Of a DNA stretch of 64,000 nt, positions 59,189 through 64,000 are shown piece by piece. Both the position numbers and the translations under genes were made by a program. The notes below the pieces were generated by a model. The model was not told where the DNA came from. It did not search any database and saw nothing but the letters and a program-made list of their open reading frames with translations. This stretch comes from Candidatus Dormiibacterota bacterium (GTDB lineage: Bacteria > Chloroflexota > Dormibacteria > Aeolococcales > Aeolococcaceae), in assembly GCA_963718525.1 (NCBI GenBank), contig OY970355.1, forward strand, positions 1 through 64,000, given 5' to 3'. The number at the start of each line of letters is the position of its first letter. The stretch's first letter is position 1.

Positions 59189-62100
59189 GCGGAGAGGATA
59201 ACCTGGCCCGGCAGGGCAGCGCTCCACGGCTCGGCCATCTCCACGAAACGGCACAACGCGTTGACGAGTTGCATCTGCTCCGGCGTGTGGCAGCGTGCGC
59301 GCAGCAACTCGGGAGAGCAGACGAGCACGGACAGCCCGCGCGCTCGCGACACGGCCACGTTGAGACGGTTGAGGCTGAACAGGAACTCAAGGTTGCGTGG
59401 CAGGTCCTCAACGCTGGATGTCGCCATCGTGAAGATGCTGACGGCAGCCTCCTGCCCCTGAAAGCGATCCACTGTCCCGACCCTCGCGCCGGATGGCAGG
59501 GTCTCGACCAGGCACGCGACCTGGGCGTTGTACGGTGCGACGACCACGATGTCGTCGAGCGACAGCTGCCGCACATCACCGGAGTCGTCTCGCCATGCAG
59601 CGCGCGTCAGATGGTCGAAGATGGTGCGGACTCGTTGCGCCTCAGCGTCGGAGCGAACCCTGTCGCCCTGGTGATCGACGAATGACGTACGCAGGCCGGT
59701 GATCGGAGAGCGGTGCAGCAGCACCGCCTGTGTTGCGCACTGTGGTTCGGACCCGAGCCGTCCCTCGTAGAACGACCGCGACACGAACGCAGTGACGTTC
59801 GGGTGCATCCGCCACGTGAGGTCGAGGAGCACGCCTCGATCTGGAGCGATCGTCACGTCGCCGCCCAGGAGGTGATCGAGCGCCGAGACGCCGACGCCCG
59901 CCGGGTGGCTCCCCTGGAGTGGTTGCGCCAGCTGCCGCGGATCACCGACGAGGACGAGGTTGCGGCCGGCACGCGACACTGCCAGCACATCCGCGAGTGA
60001 CATCTGGCCGGCCTCATCGACGATCAGCGTGTCAAGTGCGCCCTCGAGCTGCGGACGCGAGAAGAGCCACGCCGTGCCTCCGATGACATCCACGCTGCCG
60101 TCGGCGAGAGCAGCATCAACCATGTCGTTACCGCGTGCGACCTTGATCGCCGGGGTGCTGATGCCATCCGATTGACGGTGTTGCATCCGAACGTCGAGGC
60201 CAACCGAGGGTGCGAGCTCCTCGATCTTCGCAAGCAGCGTTCGAATCGCGTTGTGACTGACAGCGGTGACGCCGATCGGGCCTCGCCGCCTGGCGATCAA
60301 CGCGAGCACCGCGAGTGCGGCCATGTGGGTCTTGCCCGCGCCGGGTGGACCCTGCACTGGAAGGCATCCCTCCTGCAGTCCGAGGATGAGACGGATTGCG
60401 GCCTCCGATGCGGACTCGCCGGGCTCACGGAGCGCACAATCCACGCCGGAGCGCAAGCGTGGTGGAACGCGCATCAGCAGGTCACGTCCAGCGCGATTCG
60501 GGCCGGTCGCGTTCGGCCCGTTGGCAACAACCCAGCGGCCGAGATCGAGGAGCGACTCCTCCTGAGCATCGGTCGGGATCGGCTTGGACGGGATCAGAAA
60601 GCGAACGGCGCCTCGTTCGGCCTGGCCGGCGGTGCGTGACAGCGTGATCGACCCGCGCGCGGAGTCGAGGTAAGTGACCTCGCCGGCAGTGGGTGCGCGA
60701 CCCACCTCGCAGTGAGGATCAAGCGGCGTGTCGCCGAGACCGATGCGATGTTCCTGGGGCTCGAACCCGTACCGCTCGATGATGCGCCGCGCTTCAACGT
60801 GCGAGCCGATCATCTCGAGCGGCCCGAGCGCATACGTGTCGCGCTCGAGTTCCTCGGGACTCATCGCGAGCTGGTCGTAGTGCCGCCACCAGTTCACCTT
60901 GTTCTCACGCCGGTGGTATGACAGCAGCGGTGCGAGCAACCACCTCGCCCGCTCGACATCGGTCTGCACCTCAGGATCCGCCGGCAGACCGTCGATCAGT
61001 GCCGCAGCGATCTCCTGGGTCGCGACGATCTTGGTGCGGAGGTCGTCACCCACGTCGCGGTCGACGATGGGCGGCCGCTGGATCGGAGCGCCGCGAAGCT
61101 GCTCCTCCTCGACGCGACGCGCCTCGAGCCAGTCGCGCAGCTGCAGCGTTGAGATGCAATCGCGCTCGTTGTACATCGCAATGTCGTCCAGCAGCGTCTG
61201 GTCGCCAGTGCCACTCTGCTCGCGGCTTGTCAGCCAGCGCTCGTACACCACCATGCTCCCGGCGGCATCCGCGACCGATTCCTCGCGAGCGGGCATGTAC
61301 AACCGCTCCACCTTCTTCAGCGAATACGAGTCGGTCGACAGCCGCACACCCTGCCGCACAACGCGATAGAGGTCGACGAGCACGTCGTTGCGGAGCAGCC
61401 GGTCCACCTCTTCCTCGCGGGTGCCGTGACGGCTCATCAGCCGGCGCAACGCGGTCTTCTCGTATGCCGCGTAGTGGTAGATGTGCATGCTGGGATGGCG
61501 ATCGAGCTGCTCGATGGCATGGTCGACAAAGCCCTCGAACGCACGCCGTTCCTCGGCGTCGTCATGACCCCACCACGCTCGATAGGTTCCCTGCGCATCC
61601 ACGGCACCGAAGAGGTATTCAAGGGGAACGTCACGCGCGAGGCCATCGCCCTCCATGTCGAAGAAGATGTCTCCGGGCGACGGCGCCGGCAGCGCGCAGA
61701 GCCCACGACCCACCTCCCACGCATCGAGCAGCTGATGTCGCGGCACGCCGTCCGGGTGAGGACCTCGGTGCTGCAGCGCCGCTTGGGCACGCAGCTCACT
61801 GAAGGTCCCCGGGCTCATGCGTGGAGGTGCCTCGGTATCGTCGGACACCTGCGCAAGTGCCGTCATGGTGGCGATGCCCGCTGTCTTCAGCGCGAGCACC
61901 TGGCCAGACCGCATCCGCGCGACCTGCGACAGATGGTCGTCACGTTTCCGCTGCGCGGCGCAGCGGGCCGCGAAGCCGCACACACCGCAGTGCTCGACGG
62001 GGTCCGGGTACGTATCGCCGACGCGGGCGAGCATCGCGGACTCGAAGTCGAGCTTCACGCCCGCGTGGTAGGCGGAGAACTCGTCGACTCCATACGAGTG

Positions 62101-62649
62101 CTGGATCCCGTCACCGAGGATCACCTGCATCTGCGCGGGTGGCGTCCCCTGGAGCCGCCGGAGGTGCGCCGAGTACTCGCAGAGCTGGAGGATCGCCTCA
62201 GAGCGGACCCGTCGGGCGAGCTTCGCATCAGCGGCTTCGTACGCCCACGCCCAGCGCGCGCTCGGAGTTTCAACTCGGAGCAGGAAATCGGCGCGACCCA
62301 TCCAACGGCCGTCGAAGAACGTCGGCTGATAGATCACGTCGTAGCCCTCTGCCATCGCCGCAAGCGTCTCGGCCTCGAGGGCGGCGAGCTCGTTCGCGCT
62401 GCTTGCGAACCGATCGAGGTCGTCCTCGAACGCCTTGACGCTCATGCCTTGTGCCCGAAGCAACTCGAGATGGTTGCGCTCGTGCCCCGCTCCGAGCGTT
62501 GCGAGCACCTCGCTCAGGGCTGACCGATCGGCGGGGATGACCTCGCCGCCCGCGACGCGTCGCTTCAGCGTGACCAGGTGACCGCACGCGAGGTAGTCGC
62601 ACAGGTCCGTCGCCGTGTAGACGGGGCAACCGTCTTCCAGGTAGCGCAT
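59185..62649 (-). CDS. TM0106 family RecB-like nuclease fused to RNase H-like and SF1 (Upf1/DNA2-like) helicase domains
   Basis: GRADFL..YE..DAK (PD-(D/E)xK), QL..Y, FFDMEGD, QGPPGAGKT, DEAGQ, GDP.QL, TVDRFQGQE, LNVAVSRAR. Confidence 0.92.
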   Translation of the reverse strand: MRYLEDGCPVYTATDLCDYLACGHLVTLKRRVAGGEVIPADRSALSEVLATLGAGHERNHLELLRAQGMSVKAFEDDLDRFASSANELAALEAETLAAMAEGYDVIYQPTFFDGRWMGRADFLLRVETPSARWAWAYEAADAKLARRVRSEAILQLCEYSAHLRRLQGTPPAQMQVILGDGIQHSYGVDEFSAYHAGVKLDFESAMLARVGDTYPDPVEHCGVCGFAARCAAQRKRDDHLSQVARMRSGQVLALKTAGIATMTALAQVSDDTEAPPRMSPGTFSELRAQAALQHRGPHPDGVPRHQLLDAWEVGRGLCALPAPSPGDIFFDMEGDGLARDVPLEYLFGAVDAQGTYRAWWGHDDAEERRAFEGFVDHAIEQLDRHPSMHIYHYAAYEKTALRRLMSRHGTREEEVDRLLRNDVLVDLYRVVRQGVRLSTDSYSLKKVERLYMPAREESVADAAGSMVVYERWLTSREQSGTGDQTLLDDIAMYNERDCISTLQLRDWLEARRVEEEQLRGAPIQRPPIVDRDVGDDLRTKIVATQEIAAALIDGLPADPEVQTDVERARWLLAPLLSYHRRENKVNWWRHYDQLAMSPEELERDTYALGPLEMIGSHVEARRIIERYGFEPQEHRIGLGDTPLDPHCEVGRAPTAGEVTYLDSARGSITLSRTAGQAERGAVRFLIPSKPIPTDAQEESLLDLGRWVVANGPNATGPNRAGRDLLMRVPPRLRSGVDCALREPGESASEAAIRLILGLQEGCLPVQGPPGAGKTHMAALAVLALIARRRGPIGVTAVSHNAIRTLLAKIEELAPSVGLDVRMQHRQSDGISTPAIKVARGNDMVDAALADGSVDVIGGTAWLFSRPQLEGALDTLIVDEAGQMSLADVLAVSRAGRNLVLVGDPRQLAQPLQGSHPAGVGVSALDHLLGGDVTIAPDRGVLLDLTWRMHPNVTAFVSRSFYEGRLGSEPQCATQAVLLHRSPITGLRTSFVDHQGDRVRSDAEAQRVRTIFDHLTRAAWRDDSGDVRQLSLDDIVVVAPYNAQVACLVETLPSGARVGTVDRFQGQEAAVSIFTMATSSVEDLPRNLEFLFSLNRLNVAVSRARGLSVLVCSPELLRARCHTPEQMQLVNALCRFVEMAEPWSAALPGQVILSA

Positions 62650-62888
62650 CAGCGCATCATCCTGGCTCGCCGGCTCGTGCGGTCGCGCGGCAGCGGCAGG
62701 ATGAGCTGCCGGCCGGCCTGGCGAACGAGCGATCCGATCCGATCATTCGGCGCCCCACTGGGCTGCGGTGACCGTGCCGGCACAATCACGAAACGTTCGC
62801 CGTGGGAGGCGAGCAGGCTCTGCGCTCGCCGCAGGTACGCTCCCTCGCCGGCGCCGGCATCGACGGAAACCGAGTTGTCTGCATCCAT
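62649..62888 (-). CDS. small hypothetical protein (79 aa) translationally coupled to the TM0106 nuclease
   Basis: TGATG overlap with the nuclease start; CATCGT 6 nt before ATG 62888. Confidence 0.45.
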   Translation of the reverse strand: MDADNSVSVDAGAGEGAYLRRAQSLLASHGERFVIVPARSPQPSGAPNDRIGSLVRQAGRQLILPLPRDRTSRRARMMR

Positions 62889-62894
62889 GCCCTG

Positions 62895-62935
62895 ACGATG
62901 CGCGTCACCGACGACAGGTGCCTGTCGCGTACGGT
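62895..62935. promoter_or_regulatory. divergent promoter region with CGACAGG-TG-CCTGTCG palindrome (candidate WYL operator)
   Basis: palindrome 62912-62927; plus-strand -10 TACGGT 62930-62935; minus-strand TGTCGT-N10-CATCGT. Confidence 0.5.
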
Positions 62936-62941
62936 TTGCTG

Positions 62942-63469
62942 GTGCCTGACGAGATCGAGATCCGCCCCATTCGCGAATCCGAATACGCGGCGGCCGGCGA
63001 AGCGACCGCACGAGCCTATCGTGAGTTCCTGACACCCGACAGGCCGGGGTTCGCGGCGTACGTGGCGCGCATCGCCGATATCGGTGCTCGCGTGAACCAC
63101 GCCACGGTCCTGGTGGCTGTCATCGAGGGCGTGATCGCCGGATCCGCGACGCTCGAGATCGAAGCGCGCGTCTCACCGACGACCGCCCAGCCGCTCGAGC
63201 CGGACGAGGCGCACCTCCGCATGCTCGGAGTGAGCCCTCACCTTCGCGGCCTGGGGATCGGGCGCCGCCTCGTCGACGCATGCATCGAGGTGGCTCGCGA
63301 ACGCGGCAAACGGCGGCTCACGCTGGACACGTCTCCGGTGATGCGGGCAGCGCAGCGGATGTACTCGACGATGGGATTCACGTCGACCGGTGAGCGCAGC
63401 ATGCCCGACGGCGGCGTGCTCCTCGGCTACACCATCGATGTCCAGTCCGTAGCCCCGGCGACCCGCTAG
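62942..63469 (+). CDS. GNAT family N-acetyltransferase
   Basis: LRMLGVSPHLRGLGIGRRL (acetyl-CoA motif A), AQRMY..MGF; leaderless start. Confidence 0.9.
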   Translation: MPDEIEIRPIRESEYAAAGEATARAYREFLTPDRPGFAAYVARIADIGARVNHATVLVAVIEGVIAGSATLEIEARVSPTTAQPLEPDEAHLRMLGVSPHLRGLGIGRRLVDACIEVARERGKRRLTLDTSPVMRAAQRMYSTMGFTSTGERSMPDGGVLLGYTIDVQSVAPATR

Positions 63470-63478
63470 GCTCGTCCC

Positions 63479-64000
63479 GTGCCAGGCGTGTACGAGAAGG
63501 GAGAGAAGGAGCTTCGAGTCATCAAGCTCTTCGCGCGGCTGTGCGAGACCGAGGTCGGACTGACGACCCGGCAGCTCGCCGAGGAGCTCGAGGTAAATGC
63601 GCGCACGGTGCAGCGCTACGTCGCGACCCTGCGGGACAACGCGGGGATCGACGTCGAGGAGGCCGGAGGACGCTGGCGGATCGGCAAAGGGAGCCTGCTG
63701 CCGCCGCTGCAGCTCGACCACTACCAGGCCACGCTCCTGCTGGTGGCCGTGCGCCTGCTCCAGCAGGTGCGTCCCGAGCAGGACCCGGCCCTTGTCGGCG
63801 CGCTCGCCCACCTGTCTCGAGCGCTCAGCGTCCCGGTCGTCAGCGAATATCTTCGCCGGACCCTGGCCGCCGCCGAACGCCAGCCTGCCGACAGCGAGCG
63901 GCTCAAGGTGGAGCGCACCGTCATCGACGGTTTCGTGCTGCATCGCGAGATCGAGGTCCGGTACGTCGACGCCAAGGGCAACGAGACGCGTCGTGATCTC
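63479..64000 (+). CDS. HTH-WYL domain transcriptional regulator (YafY/PafB/DriD-like), truncated by the window end
   Basis: not in the ORF track; translates MPGVYEKGEK...LTTRQLAEELEVNARTVQRYVATLR (HTH_11), LPPLQL, IEVRY...ETRR (start of WYL); TAGGCT-6nt-GTG. Confidence 0.85.
   Translation, partial: MPGVYEKGEKELRVIKLFARLCETEVGLTTRQLAEELEVNARTVQRYVATLRDNAGIDVEEAGGRWRIGKGSLLPPLQLDHYQATLLLVAVRLLQQVRPEQDPALVGALAHLSRALSVPVVSEYLRRTLAAAERQPADSERLKVERTVIDGFVLHREIEVRYVDAKGNETRRDL

Overview
High-GC bacterial chromosome segment, mostly core genome. The gene repertoire and leaderless-promoter style suggest a Terrabacteria soil lineage such as Ca. Dormibacterota, Chloroflexota or Actinomycetota; this is inference. 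Left to right: a DUF222-HNH element, MFS and hflX; a minus-strand run ileS-lspA-rluD-gmk-coaBC-priA-def-fmt-smpB; a rearranged dcw cluster (mraZ-rsmH-ftsL-ftsI-mraY-murD-ftsW-murG-Mpl-like murC-murB-ddl-hydrolase-membrane-anchored murF-ftsQ, then an inserted metF/MDR pair, then ftsA-ftsZ-nrdR-yggS; no murE in the window); pepE, rnpB, trpD-Zn ribbon-rnhA-DUF1028, lon and a PLD; an NrtR-like regulator divergent from a thiol-redox operon (MDMPI, TlpA, mycoredoxin-TrxB fusion); PadR-DrrAB and hydrolases; and a TM0106 nuclease-helicase operon divergent from a GNAT and a truncated WYL regulator. Most notable: a candidate WYL-controlled nuclease-helicase module, a GXHH-motif IleRS2, a chimeric Mpl/MurC ligase, pervasive leaderless genes with several uORFs (one before hflX), a multi-hairpin candidate ncRNA upstream of ftsA, and three +1 frameshifts that are probably sequencing errors. 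All calls come from motif recognition by eye; no searches or folding computations were run.
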